Positions 1-9,769 of a stretch of 42,785 nt of DNA are shown here, in pieces. Source of the DNA: an uncultured Rhodospirillaceae bacterium (GTDB lineage Bacteria; Pseudomonadota; Alphaproteobacteria; Rhodospirillales; UBA2165). Position 1 is the first letter of the stretch; every line of letters starts with the position of its first letter. Both the position numbers and the translations under genes were made by a program. The notes below the pieces were generated by a model. That model had not been told where the DNA came from. It saw only the letters and a list, made by a program, of their open reading frames with translations, and searched no databases. The stretch spans positions 1-42,785 of the forward strand of contig CAZBQG010000004.1 in NCBI GenBank assembly GCA_964493945.1. The letters are read 5' to 3'.

Positions 1-1338
1 ATGCTGCGCTTCGTCTATAACGGCATGGAGGATTTGGAACCCCTGATCCCGGACCTGACCGAGACCGAAAAACGCGACATCATCATGGATACCTATACGG
101 AAGAGCAATTCTTCGATGATATGGGCCGCCTGACCCAATACAGGTGTGACCCAGACCTGACCGAAATCATGATCTGCCAAAGCCGCGAGACGGCGGCCTG
201 GATGATCTCCAAGGGCGTGCGCCTGCAATTGACGTTGGGCAATCACGCCTTCAAGGTGGATGGCAAGTTCAGATTCTGGGGCGGGCTGGCCTGCCAAATA
301 TGGGGTGGCGGCCAGGGGCTGATCCAGGCGCTTCATGAACGGGCCGAAAAGGACGGCATCCGCGTGCTCTATGAAACGCCTGCCCTGTCCCTCATGCATG
401 ACGATAAGGGCGTCACCGGCGTGCGTGCCCGCGGGCCGGAAGGTTCCATGGAACTGCACGCCAAATCGGTCATTTTGGCCTGCGGAGGATTTGAATCAAA
501 CGCCGAGATGCGGACACGGTATTTGGGTCCCAACTGGGACCTGGCCAAGGTGCGGGGCACCCAGTTCAACACCGGGCGCGGCATTCAGATGGCCTTGGAT
601 ATAGGCGCCATGGCCACCGGCCATTGGTCGGGCGCCCATGCCGTGGCCTGGGACATGAACGCGCCGCCCTTCGGCGATCTAGCCGTCGGCGACAGTTTCC
701 AGAAACATAATTTTCCCTTCTGTATCTATATAAACGCCGATGGCGAGCGCTTCGTCGATGAAGGAGCCAATTTCCATACTTATACCTATGCCAAATATGG
801 CCGGGAGGTTTTGGCCCAGCCGGGCCTCTTCGCCTGGCAGATTTTCGACCAGAAGGTCACGCATCTGCTCCGCGAAGATTACCGCATCCGCCAGATCACC
901 AAGGCCGAGGCAAACACCTTCGAGGAACTGGCTCCCAAGCTGGAAGGCGTCGATGGTAAGCGCTTCGTCGAAACCATGCGGCAATATAATGAAGCGCCCA
1001 GGACGGATGTCGCCTTCGATCCCAACATCCTGGACGGGCTGGCCACCCAGGGGCTGGGGATCAACAAGACCAACTGGGCCAACATATTGGATAAGCCGCC
1101 CTATCATGCCTATGGGGTGACCTGCGGCGTGACCTTTACCTTTGGCGGGCTGAAGATTTCCACGGATGCGGAAATCGTCGATACCATCGGGCGCCCCATC
1201 CCCAATCTATATGGCGCCGGCGAGCTGGTCGGCGGTCTTTATTACCACAATTACGGCTCGGGCAGCGGCCTCACCTCGGGCGCCGTCTTCGGCCGCATCG
1301 CCGGGCGCAACGCGGCGGCGGGGGCAGCCCAGGCGTGA
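1..1338 (+). CDS. FAD-dependent oxidoreductase, TcuA/fumarate-reductase flavoprotein family (5' end cut by window edge)
   Basis: The ORF runs from the window edge. It carries the flavoprotein motifs ILACGGFESN and C-terminal NLYGAGELVGG...GAVFGRIAGRNAA. The N-terminal GxGxxG FAD fold is absent, so the true start lies upstream of the window. Confidence 0.8.
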   Translation: MLRFVYNGMEDLEPLIPDLTETEKRDIIMDTYTEEQFFDDMGRLTQYRCDPDLTEIMICQSRETAAWMISKGVRLQLTLGNHAFKVDGKFRFWGGLACQIWGGGQGLIQALHERAEKDGIRVLYETPALSLMHDDKGVTGVRARGPEGSMELHAKSVILACGGFESNAEMRTRYLGPNWDLAKVRGTQFNTGRGIQMALDIGAMATGHWSGAHAVAWDMNAPPFGDLAVGDSFQKHNFPFCIYINADGERFVDEGANFHTYTYAKYGREVLAQPGLFAWQIFDQKVTHLLREDYRIRQITKAEANTFEELAPKLEGVDGKRFVETMRQYNEAPRTDVAFDPNILDGLATQGLGINKTNWANILDKPPYHAYGVTCGVTFTFGGLKISTDAEIVDTIGRPIPNLYGAGELVGGLYYHNYGSGSGLTSGAVFGRIAGRNAAAGAAQA

Positions 1339-1423
1339 GGGGATAAAGGCCCTCTCAATTCTGCGCGAGCCATATTGACACCACGCGCCTTGGCAGGCCA
1401 ATCTGGCGGCGGAGGAAATTGCC

Positions 1424-2620
1424 ATGAGCAACTTGCTTCCCCCCTGGCTGCCCATATTCTCCGCCATGCTTGGCGTGCTCGCCGTGACCCATGGATTTCT
1501 GTGGCTGCGCCTGATCCGGTCCCCGGGTTTGAGGCGGGGCTGGCGGTGGGGCGGGAGCCTTTTGTTGCTGCTTTTGGCTCTTTCCATCCCGCTCAACTTT
1601 GTGATGGGTCGGGATGCGCCCTTTCCCGGCTGGGAAATTTTTCTTCGCACTGTCTTTCTTTGGATAGGCGTGATGGGGCTCTTGTTCTCCTTCCTGTTGG
1701 GGGCTGAGATTTTGCGCTGGGCCGGGCGGCTGGCGATGTATCTGAGGGGTGGAGAATTTGACCCAGGTCGCCGCGTCTTGTTTTCGCGGGCCGTGGCCGG
1801 GGGTGCCCTGTTGGGGACGGCAGGCGTTTCCGCCTTCGCCACCCGTGCCGCCGCCGCCGCACCCCAATTGCGCAAGGTGCAGGTGGCCCTTCCCCGCCTG
1901 CCCGAAAGCCTCTCGGGCATTACCATCGCCCAGATTTCCGATCTTCATGTGGGGGTGAATATCGGGCGCGGTTATGTTGCCGATGTGGTCCGCCGGGTCA
2001 ACGCACTCAAGCCGGACATCATCGCCATTACGGGCGATCTGGTGGATGGCGAGGCGGGATATCTGAGCGGCGATATCGTGCCCATCGGCCAATTGAAGGC
2101 GCGCCACGGCGTCTATTTCGTTCCCGGCAATCACGAATATTATTCGGGCCTGGGGCCCTGGCTGCACCGGCTCCGGACCATGGGGCTCAAGATATTGCGT
2201 AACTCTCATGTCTGCATCGGTACGGGCAAAGACAGCTTTTGTCTGGCCGGCGTGGATGATTCCGACTTCCGGGCCTATACCCAAGGCCATGGGGCCAATG
2301 TGGGGCGCGCCCTTGAAGGCGTGACAGAAGGTCAGGAAATCGTCCTCCTCGCCCACCGGCCCCGGGAGATTTTCGACGCCGCCAAGCATGGCGTGGGCTT
2401 GCAGCTATCGGGCCACACCCATGGTGGCCAGATGTGGCCCATGACCTGGCTCGTGCCCCTGACACAGCCCTATGTGGCGGGCTTGGCCCGGCATGAAAAC
2501 ACACAGATTTATGTGAGCACCGGCACCGGCTATTGGGGCCCACCCATGCGGCTGGGGACCGAATCGGAGATTACGTTGATTGAGCTGGTGCGGGAAGGGG
2601 CGGCGGACGCCAAAGCCTGA
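1424..2620 (+). CDS. membrane-anchored metallophosphoesterase
   Basis: Several N-terminal hydrophobic segments are followed by the calcineurin-type phosphoesterase motifs DLHVG, GDLVDG, GNHEY and GHTHGGQ. Confidence 0.85.
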   Translation: MSNLLPPWLPIFSAMLGVLAVTHGFLWLRLIRSPGLRRGWRWGGSLLLLLLALSIPLNFVMGRDAPFPGWEIFLRTVFLWIGVMGLLFSFLLGAEILRWAGRLAMYLRGGEFDPGRRVLFSRAVAGGALLGTAGVSAFATRAAAAAPQLRKVQVALPRLPESLSGITIAQISDLHVGVNIGRGYVADVVRRVNALKPDIIAITGDLVDGEAGYLSGDIVPIGQLKARHGVYFVPGNHEYYSGLGPWLHRLRTMGLKILRNSHVCIGTGKDSFCLAGVDDSDFRAYTQGHGANVGRALEGVTEGQEIVLLAHRPREIFDAAKHGVGLQLSGHTHGGQMWPMTWLVPLTQPYVAGLARHENTQIYVSTGTGYWGPPMRLGTESEITLIELVREGAADAKA

Positions 2621-2645
2621 TCCGCGCCACTATCGGCTATTGAAA

Positions 2646-3821
2646 TCACTCCTTGATTTCATTTTTTCCGCCCAGAACCAGGCCGCTGTCCTCGCCCAAT
2701 TTGGGTGGGGCGCGGCGGAGCGGCGGGCGTTTTCCGTCAAAGCTTATGGGAAGCCCCATCAGTGTTTTGTCCCCATCGGGGGTGTCTTGAAGAATGTCCA
2801 GCGCCTCGGTCTGGGGATCATCGATTACCTGGTCAATCGTCTGGGTTTGGGCGCAGGGCACGTCGGCCTGATCCAGCAACTTAACCCAATGATCGACAGG
2901 CTCGCCGGCCACCACATCCTGGACCATCTGGTTCAAGAGTTCGCGGTTGATCACCCGTTGGGGGTTGGTCGCGTAACGTTCGTCCTCGGCCCATTCAGGA
3001 TGATCCAGGGCGCCGGCCAGGCGGCGGAACAGATTGTCGTTGCCCGCCGCGATCAGCACATAGCCGTTGGCGGCCTCGAAGATGCGGTAGGGGGCCAGCG
3101 AGCTGTTTTCGCTGCCGCGTCGTTTGGGTACAGTATCGGTCGCCATATAGGCCGCCGCCTGGGTACCGATCCAGGTTAAAGTGGTCTCATATAAAGATGT
3201 ATCCAATTCACAGCCCTCGCCCGTCAGATCGCGCCTGTGCAGGGCGGACAGGATGCCGATCACCGCCCACATGCCGGTCCCCATATCGATAATCGATGGC
3301 CCGACCCGCACCGGCGGGCGGCCTTCTTCACCGGTGATGCTCATGACCCCGCCATAGGCCTGCATCAGGGGGTCATAACCGGGGCGGTCCGATTTGGGCC
3401 CCACAGCCCCGAAGGCCCCCATATTGCAATAAATAAGCGTCGGATTTTCCTTGCGTAGGCTTGGCCCCAGCCCCATTTTTTCCGCCAGACCCGGGCGCAT
3501 ATTTTGCAAAACCACATCGGTTTCTTCCAGGAGAAAGCGTTTCAGGTGGGCGAATTCCTTCTCGTCTTTCATATTCACTTCGGCTGAGAATTTATTGCGG
3601 TTCAGCGACAGAAAGACGGTGGCCTCGCCGTCCCAGTAGGGCGGGCCCCAACTACGCGCATCATCGCCCGCCACCGGCTTTTCGATCTTGATCACACGGG
3701 CACCCAGATCACCTAGGGTCTGCCCGCCAAAGGGGGCGGCGACGCTGTGGCCCATTTCGACGACGGTGATGCCGGCCAGGGGTTGGGCGGGGTCTTGGGG
3801 GTTGGGCGTTTCGCGGGCCAT
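2646..3821 (-). CDS. family III CoA-transferase (CaiB/BaiF type)
   Basis: GITVVEMGHSVAAPFGGQTLGDLGARVIKIE and IIDMGTG are typical of family III CoA-transferases. The ATG shares one base with the stop of the upstream MmgE/PrpD gene (TGATG on the minus strand, 3819-3823). Confidence 0.9.
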   Translation of the reverse strand: MARETPNPQDPAQPLAGITVVEMGHSVAAPFGGQTLGDLGARVIKIEKPVAGDDARSWGPPYWDGEATVFLSLNRNKFSAEVNMKDEKEFAHLKRFLLEETDVVLQNMRPGLAEKMGLGPSLRKENPTLIYCNMGAFGAVGPKSDRPGYDPLMQAYGGVMSITGEEGRPPVRVGPSIIDMGTGMWAVIGILSALHRRDLTGEGCELDTSLYETTLTWIGTQAAAYMATDTVPKRRGSENSSLAPYRIFEAANGYVLIAAGNDNLFRRLAGALDHPEWAEDERYATNPQRVINRELLNQMVQDVVAGEPVDHWVKLLDQADVPCAQTQTIDQVIDDPQTEALDILQDTPDGDKTLMGLPISFDGKRPPLRRAPPKLGEDSGLVLGGKNEIKE

Positions 3822-5206
3822 CAGGGTGCCCGGCGCTGGGTTTGGGGTGAGATGAGGGGCAATTCCCCGAGGGATTCCAGATCATCCAGCCCTTGAAATT
3901 TGTCAAACAAAGCGCGGGCGGTTGCCTCGGGCAGGGCGCCCCGGGTGCAATCGACGAATTTGGACCACAGGATATCCGCGCCGACGGGGCGGCTGGGATG
4001 GCCCAAAGGATAAGTAAGTGACCGTTCCAGCCGGCGCCCATCTTTCAGCTCTACGATCAGATAATCGTCGGGCTGCGCGCCCGTTTTTTTGGGATCGCGG
4101 ACGTGATCGGTCTCCATCGCCACCTTGCCCATCAGGGCCCGCACATCGGCCCGGCCGATAAATTCGTCGGTGACTTCGGCCAGGCTGACGCGGCCCGCGA
4201 TGATCGCCGTGGCCATGGCGAATTCGCCGCTGAATTTCCCGTCGAGACCTGTTTGGGGGTCGTGATTGACCAGGGAAACGATCTGCTTTTCACCCATTTG
4301 CAGGGTGACCCGCTCCACTTCATCCGCCTGAAAGGGGGTTTCCGCCAGCATGGCCAGCATGCCGTCGATGGCGCGTTGCGATCCGTAACAGACGGGATAG
4401 AGCTTGAAGCCCAGCCCGTGTTGGCGGATCCACCAGGTCTCACCCCAGCCTGGGCTGCTTTCCAGGTCCACCTTGCCGTCGGGCGACACGGCCTTGAGAA
4501 AGCCTTTATCGTTTTCGATCACATCGGCCGATGCGGTCATGCCGACCCCGGCCAGACGCGCCGCGGTAACGCCCGATTGGGCCGCACGCCCGGCATGGAA
4601 GGGCTTGGTCATGGAGCCGTAATTGGCGACAATGCCGCCGGCCTGGGAAGCGGCGATGCCGATGGCATGGGCCGCCTCCCCGGCGTCCAGGTCCCGCAGC
4701 CGGGCGCAGGCAGCACCGGCGGCGATGGCCCCGAATGTGCCGGTCGGGTGCCAGCCCTTTACATGATGGGGGGTCTCATCGCGGATGGCCAATTCGCCCC
4801 AGACCTCATAGCCGGTCACATAGGCCGCAATCATATCGCGCCCGCTTGCCCCCAGCGCTTCGCCCTCGGCCAGGATGGCGGATGCCAGCACAACCGTTGG
4901 GTGGGCCGGATGGGCGGCCAGCCCCACATCGTCATAATCCAGCGCATGGCCGGCGGCGCCATTTATGAGCGCTGCTTCGCCCGCCGCCGCACCTTCATGG
5001 GAGAAACAGACCCTGGCCTCGCCCCCTTGGGGGCTCAAGGATGAGACGGATTTCATAAGCCTGGCGATGGGAGTATCCCGGCCCAGAATGACCGCCCCGG
5101 CATAATCGGCAAAACCGTTGCGGATCATGGGCAGAACGTCCCCGGGGACCGCCTCGAAGCGCATTCCGGCGATGAATTCCCCGATGGATTTTGTAAGTGG
5201 AAACAT
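3821..5206 (-). CDS. MmgE/PrpD family protein (2-methylcitrate dehydratase / cis-aconitate decarboxylase superfamily)
   Basis: 461 aa with a GAAGHALDYDD motif. Length and overall pattern fit MmgE/PrpD. Confidence 0.9.
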   Translation of the reverse strand: MFPLTKSIGEFIAGMRFEAVPGDVLPMIRNGFADYAGAVILGRDTPIARLMKSVSSLSPQGGEARVCFSHEGAAAGEAALINGAAGHALDYDDVGLAAHPAHPTVVLASAILAEGEALGASGRDMIAAYVTGYEVWGELAIRDETPHHVKGWHPTGTFGAIAAGAACARLRDLDAGEAAHAIGIAASQAGGIVANYGSMTKPFHAGRAAQSGVTAARLAGVGMTASADVIENDKGFLKAVSPDGKVDLESSPGWGETWWIRQHGLGFKLYPVCYGSQRAIDGMLAMLAETPFQADEVERVTLQMGEKQIVSLVNHDPQTGLDGKFSGEFAMATAIIAGRVSLAEVTDEFIGRADVRALMGKVAMETDHVRDPKKTGAQPDDYLIVELKDGRRLERSLTYPLGHPSRPVGADILWSKFVDCTRGALPEATARALFDKFQGLDDLESLGELPLISPQTQRRAP

Positions 5207-5344
5207 CCCCCCACTCCCGCTTATTTCGCCAATTCGGAAGGGTAGCGATCCCCGGCCTCCATTGCAACGAAAGTGGTTTGCGGCGGCGGCAATATCCTGA
5301 CAAGCTGGTGGAGAGGGCTGAAATATTATAGGGGGGCCAATCCA

Positions 5345-6577
5345 ATGTCAGTATTTCCGCCGGGCGAAGCCTGGGCCCATAATGTGGAACAGGTGGGCTA
5401 TTCGGACCTGAACGGCAAGCCGGGCTTCAAGCTGGCCATTCATGAAACAAATGAGCGCTGGTATCTGTATGTGGCCCATCTCTGGCAGCCGGGCTGGTCC
5501 ATCCTGGATGTGACCGATCCCAGCAAGCCGGAATTGGTGAGGTTTCTGGAGGGCCCGGCCAATACCTGGACCATTCAGGTGCAGGTAGCCGAAGGGCGCA
5601 TGGTCACTGCCCTTGAACGCATCGCGCCGGGCTGGGGGGGTGATGTGGAAAAGCCCAGCGAGGAAAGCGTGCTTATCTGGGACCTGAAAGACCCGGAAGC
5701 GCCGCAAAAATTAGGCCAGTTCCGGATGGGGGGCGAGGGCACCCACCGCAATTATTATGACGGCGGGCGCTTTGCCCATTTGTCCATTCACCGGCCGGGC
5801 TTTAAGGGTCAGATTTACGAAATCATCGATATCCAGGACCCGGCGGCGCCTAAGGAAGTGGCCCGCTGGTGGGTGCCCGGACAATGGGTCGAAGGCAGCG
5901 AGACGGGGGCGCCCCCCTTTACCATGCTCCATGGCGGGCCCTATGTGGCGGGCAAGAGGACCTTTCTTCCTTATGGTGCCGCCGGGCTGGTGATTTTGGA
6001 TATTTCAGATATCTCGGAGCCCAGCCTGGTGGGTGGGCTGAATTTCGCACCGCCCTTCAATCCCTTCGTGGGGGTGCATTCCGCCGTTCCCTTGCCGGAC
6101 CGGAATTTGGTCATCGTCAATTCCGAAGCGATCCGGGAAGAGTGCGACGAACCGCTCAACTTCACCGGTCTGGTGGATATATCGGATGAAACCACGCCCC
6201 GGCTGATCTCCCTGTTTCCCCTTCCCCGGCCGCCGGCGAGATCGGGTTTGGCCAACTTCGCCCAGTTCGGTGGGCGCTTCGGGCCCCACAATCAGCACCA
6301 GGACCAAAATCAGCCCGCTTTGTTCAAAAGCGATACTCTGGTCTTCATGACCTATTTCAATGCGGGGCTTAGAATTTTCGATATCTCGGACCCCATCATG
6401 CCCGAAGAGGTGGGCTATTTCGTGCCGCCCTGCCCGGCCGAACGAAGGGGCCCCCTGCCCAGCAAGCTGGTGCCCCAATCGGAAGATTTATTGGTGGATG
6501 CCAGGGGCTATATTTATATGTCGGACAAGAATCACGGCATTTACATTTTGCGCGGGGCGGAAAATCTTTATGGCTGA
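5345..6577 (+). CDS. LVIVD-repeat beta-propeller protein, function unknown
   Basis: Start moved to ATG 5345 (MSVFPPGEAW). The blade motif repeats as ILDVTDPSKP, IWDLKDPEAP, IIDIQDPAAP, ILDISDISEP, LVDISDETTP and IFDISDPIMP, and a literal NLVIVN is present. No signal peptide is visible. Confidence 0.7.
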   Translation: MSVFPPGEAWAHNVEQVGYSDLNGKPGFKLAIHETNERWYLYVAHLWQPGWSILDVTDPSKPELVRFLEGPANTWTIQVQVAEGRMVTALERIAPGWGGDVEKPSEESVLIWDLKDPEAPQKLGQFRMGGEGTHRNYYDGGRFAHLSIHRPGFKGQIYEIIDIQDPAAPKEVARWWVPGQWVEGSETGAPPFTMLHGGPYVAGKRTFLPYGAAGLVILDISDISEPSLVGGLNFAPPFNPFVGVHSAVPLPDRNLVIVNSEAIREECDEPLNFTGLVDISDETTPRLISLFPLPRPPARSGLANFAQFGGRFGPHNQHQDQNQPALFKSDTLVFMTYFNAGLRIFDISDPIMPEEVGYFVPPCPAERRGPLPSKLVPQSEDLLVDARGYIYMSDKNHGIYILRGAENLYG

Positions 6578-8114
6578 GATAGACTTCGACCATGAGACCG
6601 ATATCCTCGTCGTCGGTTACGGCTTCGCCGGCGCCGCGGCGGCTGTTGAAGCCGCCGAAGCCGGTGCCCAGGTTTTAATCGTGGAAAAGATGCCCGATCC
6701 CGGCGGCATTTCAATCTGTTCGGCGGGCTCGGCCCGCTCAGCCAAGGATGCCGATGCCGCCTTTGATTACCTCAAACAGACCAATGCGGGGCGTACGCCT
6801 GATGATGTGCTGCGGGTCCTGGCCGACGGCATGGCCGGGATCGAGGAATATATGAAATGGCTGACCGGGTCCTTGGGCCTCAGCGTATCGTCCAACCTGT
6901 CCAGGGTGCGGGCCGGGGCCAATTACCCAATGCCTGGCTGGGATACCTTCTATCACACCCTGGTCGATGAAATTCCCGGCTTCGACGCGGAGGCGGCCTA
7001 TCCCCAGGTTAGCGGGCTGGCCGGTGGGCGGCGCCTGTTCCATGTGCTGGAGCAGGCCATAGCCGCCCGCGACATCGAAATCTGGCTGGAAAGCCCTGTC
7101 TCGCGCTTGCTGAGCAGGGGCGAAGCAGGCGAGGGCGAAGTGCTGGGCGTGGAGGTTGCGCGGGAAGGAAAACAGGTTCGCGTGCGCGCCAGCAAGGGCG
7201 TGGTGCTGGCCTGCGGCGGTTTTGAATGCGATGAGGAAACCAAGCGCCAGTTCTGGCAGATGCAGCCGGTTCTGCCGGTCATGGGGCGGCAAAATACGGG
7301 TGATGGGTTGCGCATGGCCCAATCCATGGGTGCAAGGCTTTGGCATATGTGGCATTTCCACGGCTCTTACGGGTTCAGCCCGCCGGAGGATGAATTCCCC
7401 TATGGCATCCGCATGAAACGCCTGCCCGATTGGGTGCCCGGCGAGGACGAGACCAGCCGGGCACAAATGAGCTGGATACTGGTGGATGGGGGCGGCAAGC
7501 GTTTCATGAACGAAATGCCGCCCTATACCCAGGATATTTCAGCCAGGACGTTCGAGATGTTCGATTCCACCATTCAGGATTTCCCGCGCATCCCGGCCCA
7601 TATGATCTGCGATGAGGCGGGGCTGGCCATGTATGGGCTGGGCGATGTTTGTTACAACGAACGGGGGCTTGATTATCCCTGGAGCGATGACAATCAGGCA
7701 GAAGTACAATCGGGTATCATCAAAAAAGCTTCGGATGTGGGTGAACTGGCCCAAATAATGGGCGCGGATGAGAAAATATTGGAGGCCACGTTGGATCGCT
7801 GGAACGCAAGTTGCGACACTGAAAGTGACACGGAATTCGGACGTATGCCCGGCTCTTTCACTCCGGTGCGTACCCCGCCTTATTATACCGCGCCCATCTG
7901 GCCATTGGTCTCCAACACCCAGGGCGGCCCCGTGCATAATGCCCGCCAGCAGATCATGAATGTGGATGGTGGACCCATCACCAGGCTCTATGCGGCGGGC
8001 GAATTGGGATCATCTTTCGGGCATTTATATATGTCGGGCAGCAACATCACCGAATGCTTCGTTACCGGGCGGGTGGCGGCCCGGGACGCGGCGGGTCTGG
8101 AGGATTGGTCATGA
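6570..8114 (+). CDS. FAD-dependent oxidoreductase (KstD / fumarate-reductase flavoprotein-like)
   Basis: Start moved to ATG 6570 (MAEIDFDHETDILVVGYGFAGAAAAVEAAEAG, a Rossmann GxGxxG). It overlaps the upstream stop (ATGGCTGA). The C-terminus reads LYAAGELGSSFG...VTGRVAARDAA. Confidence 0.85.
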   Translation: MAEIDFDHETDILVVGYGFAGAAAAVEAAEAGAQVLIVEKMPDPGGISICSAGSARSAKDADAAFDYLKQTNAGRTPDDVLRVLADGMAGIEEYMKWLTGSLGLSVSSNLSRVRAGANYPMPGWDTFYHTLVDEIPGFDAEAAYPQVSGLAGGRRLFHVLEQAIAARDIEIWLESPVSRLLSRGEAGEGEVLGVEVAREGKQVRVRASKGVVLACGGFECDEETKRQFWQMQPVLPVMGRQNTGDGLRMAQSMGARLWHMWHFHGSYGFSPPEDEFPYGIRMKRLPDWVPGEDETSRAQMSWILVDGGGKRFMNEMPPYTQDISARTFEMFDSTIQDFPRIPAHMICDEAGLAMYGLGDVCYNERGLDYPWSDDNQAEVQSGIIKKASDVGELAQIMGADEKILEATLDRWNASCDTESDTEFGRMPGSFTPVRTPPYYTAPIWPLVSNTQGGPVHNARQQIMNVDGGPITRLYAAGELGSSFGHLYMSGSNITECFVTGRVAARDAAGLEDWS

Positions 8115-8332
8115 GCGATTATCCCATGCTGCGCCTGATCGAGCGCTACGGCGGCTGGCTGGCGGTTTTGCTGGCGCTTTTCCTGCCGGCGGCGGGGGTC
8201 TGGGCATTGGTGCTGGGCTGGCATTGGGGCTGGATGCTGGGCGGGCTGGGGGCGGGGATTGTGGCTTTTGTTTTGCTCCGCTCTTATGTGGAGCTGGTGC
8301 GGGTCATGATCGATATGCTGTTACCTAAATAG
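8111..8332 (+). CDS. 73-aa two-helix membrane peptide, unknown function
   Basis: ATG 8111 overlaps the upstream stop (ATGA 8111-8114). There are two hydrophobic helices (WLAVLLALFLPAAGVWALVLGW and MLGGLGAGIVAFVLL). I recognise no family. Confidence 0.6.
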   Translation: MSDYPMLRLIERYGGWLAVLLALFLPAAGVWALVLGWHWGWMLGGLGAGIVAFVLLRSYVELVRVMIDMLLPK

Positions 8333-8344
8333 AGGCTTGGTGGG

Positions 8345-9751
8345 ATGGATAATCTTCTGGTCATGGGCGGCGGCTTTTCAGGCCTGGTGACGGCGGCCAG
8401 GGCGGCCCAACTGGAGGCCCGGGTGGTGGTCCTGGAACAGGGGACCGAAGATCATTATTTGTGCAATTCGCGCATGTCCAGCGGGGTCAGCAATGTGGTC
8501 GGCTGGGCCATGGATTTGCCCGAAGATGAACTGGTGGAAATCATGGAGCGCTCCAGCGGGGGCTACGCAAACCCCGAACTGGTGCGCGCCTTTGCCGCCC
8601 ATTCGGGCCGCAGCCTGGCCTGGTTACGGGACGAGGGGTTCCGCTTCGTAAAAATGTATCCCACGTCAAAAGAACGCGCCAGTTGGGTTATCGCACCGCC
8701 CCGGCGCTTCAAGGCGGGGCTGGATTTGGAGGGGCGTGGGCCGGATATTTCGCTGGCTCTATTGGAGCGCAAATTAATTGAGCGGGGCGGGCGGCTGGAA
8801 CGGGGCAGGCGGGTAACCTCCCTGATCATGGAGGACGGCACCTGCACCGGTGCCATGGCTGAAATTGACGGCGAGGAAGTGGCCTATCCGGCCCGCTCGG
8901 TGGTCATCGCGGACGGCGGCTTCATGGCCAATCTGGAGATGATCGGCCAGCATATTTCGCCGGCACCGGAAAAGCTCAATATCCGTTCCGCCCCCAATGT
9001 GCTGGGCGACGGCATGCTGATGGCCCAGGCGGTGGGCGCCGAACTGGCGGGCCTGGGGGAATTCTATGGCCATTTGCAGCACCGGGACGCCATGAGTAAC
9101 GATAATCTTTGGCCTTATCCAACAATGGATGCCATTTCCCAGGCTGCTATCCTCGTCGGGCCCGATGGGCGGCGTTTCACCGATGAAGGACGGGGCGGTG
9201 TCCTCATGGCCAACGCCATCGCCCGCCTGGATGATCCCTTGTCCACCACCTTGATCGTCGATGAAGCCATGTGGAACGGAGAGCCGGGATCGGCGGGGCC
9301 GGTGGCGGCTAAGGGATTCCTGGAAGAAGGGGGCGGCTGGCGCCATACCGCCGATGATCTGGGTGAATTGGCTGCCAAGGCGGATATTGCGCCGGACGGT
9401 CTGGCCGAAACCATTTCCGCCTATAACCGGGCCGTTACGGATGGCGGGTTGGAGGGGCTGGACCCACCCCGCACGGATCGGGTCTTCAAGCCCCATCCCA
9501 TAATCCAGCCGCCCTTCCACGCCATTCCACTTTGCGTCGGCATCACCGGTACCATGGGCGGGCTCAGTATTGATGGGAATGCCCGGGTATTGCGGCCGGG
9601 CGGCGAGCCCATCGAAGGGCTTTACGCCGTCGGCACCACCACCGGCGGGCTGGAAGGCGGGCCAAACGCCACTTATATGGGGGGGCTTTCCAAGGCCTTC
9701 ATCTGGGGCCTGTTGGCGGCGGAACATGCGGCGGAAAGGATCACTTCTTAA
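8345..9751 (+). CDS. FAD-dependent oxidoreductase
   Basis: An N-terminal LLVMGGGFSGLVTAARAA dinucleotide fold and a C-terminal GLYAVGTTTGGLEGG. It starts 12 nt after the small membrane ORF. Confidence 0.85.
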   Translation: MDNLLVMGGGFSGLVTAARAAQLEARVVVLEQGTEDHYLCNSRMSSGVSNVVGWAMDLPEDELVEIMERSSGGYANPELVRAFAAHSGRSLAWLRDEGFRFVKMYPTSKERASWVIAPPRRFKAGLDLEGRGPDISLALLERKLIERGGRLERGRRVTSLIMEDGTCTGAMAEIDGEEVAYPARSVVIADGGFMANLEMIGQHISPAPEKLNIRSAPNVLGDGMLMAQAVGAELAGLGEFYGHLQHRDAMSNDNLWPYPTMDAISQAAILVGPDGRRFTDEGRGGVLMANAIARLDDPLSTTLIVDEAMWNGEPGSAGPVAAKGFLEEGGGWRHTADDLGELAAKADIAPDGLAETISAYNRAVTDGGLEGLDPPRTDRVFKPHPIIQPPFHAIPLCVGITGTMGGLSIDGNARVLRPGGEPIEGLYAVGTTTGGLEGGPNATYMGGLSKAFIWGLLAAEHAAERITS

Positions 9752-9769
9752 GCAAGGGGAGAAAGACAA

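Noticed and set aside
1355-2389. A very long antisense ORF of 344 aa. Similar shadow ORFs occur at 8774-9976, 10783-11640, 12660-13676, 19631-20734, 30371-31756, 31966-33276 and 39576-40640.
   Set aside because: Each lies fully opposite a gene with clear family motifs. Their translations are Arg/Gly/Pro/Ala/His-rich low-complexity strings, typical of stop-poor reverse frames in GC-rich DNA. None has an SD or any recognisable motif.
5273-5344. N-terminal extensions offered by the ORF track, here and at 6360, 8054, 11739, 16786, 19054, 23235, 23686, 25138 and 29161.
   Set aside because: The extensions overlap upstream genes, start at TTG, or add non-homologous Arg/Cys-rich leaders. The internal ATG starts sit behind SD sequences or at stop/start overlaps, and they begin at the usual family N-termini.
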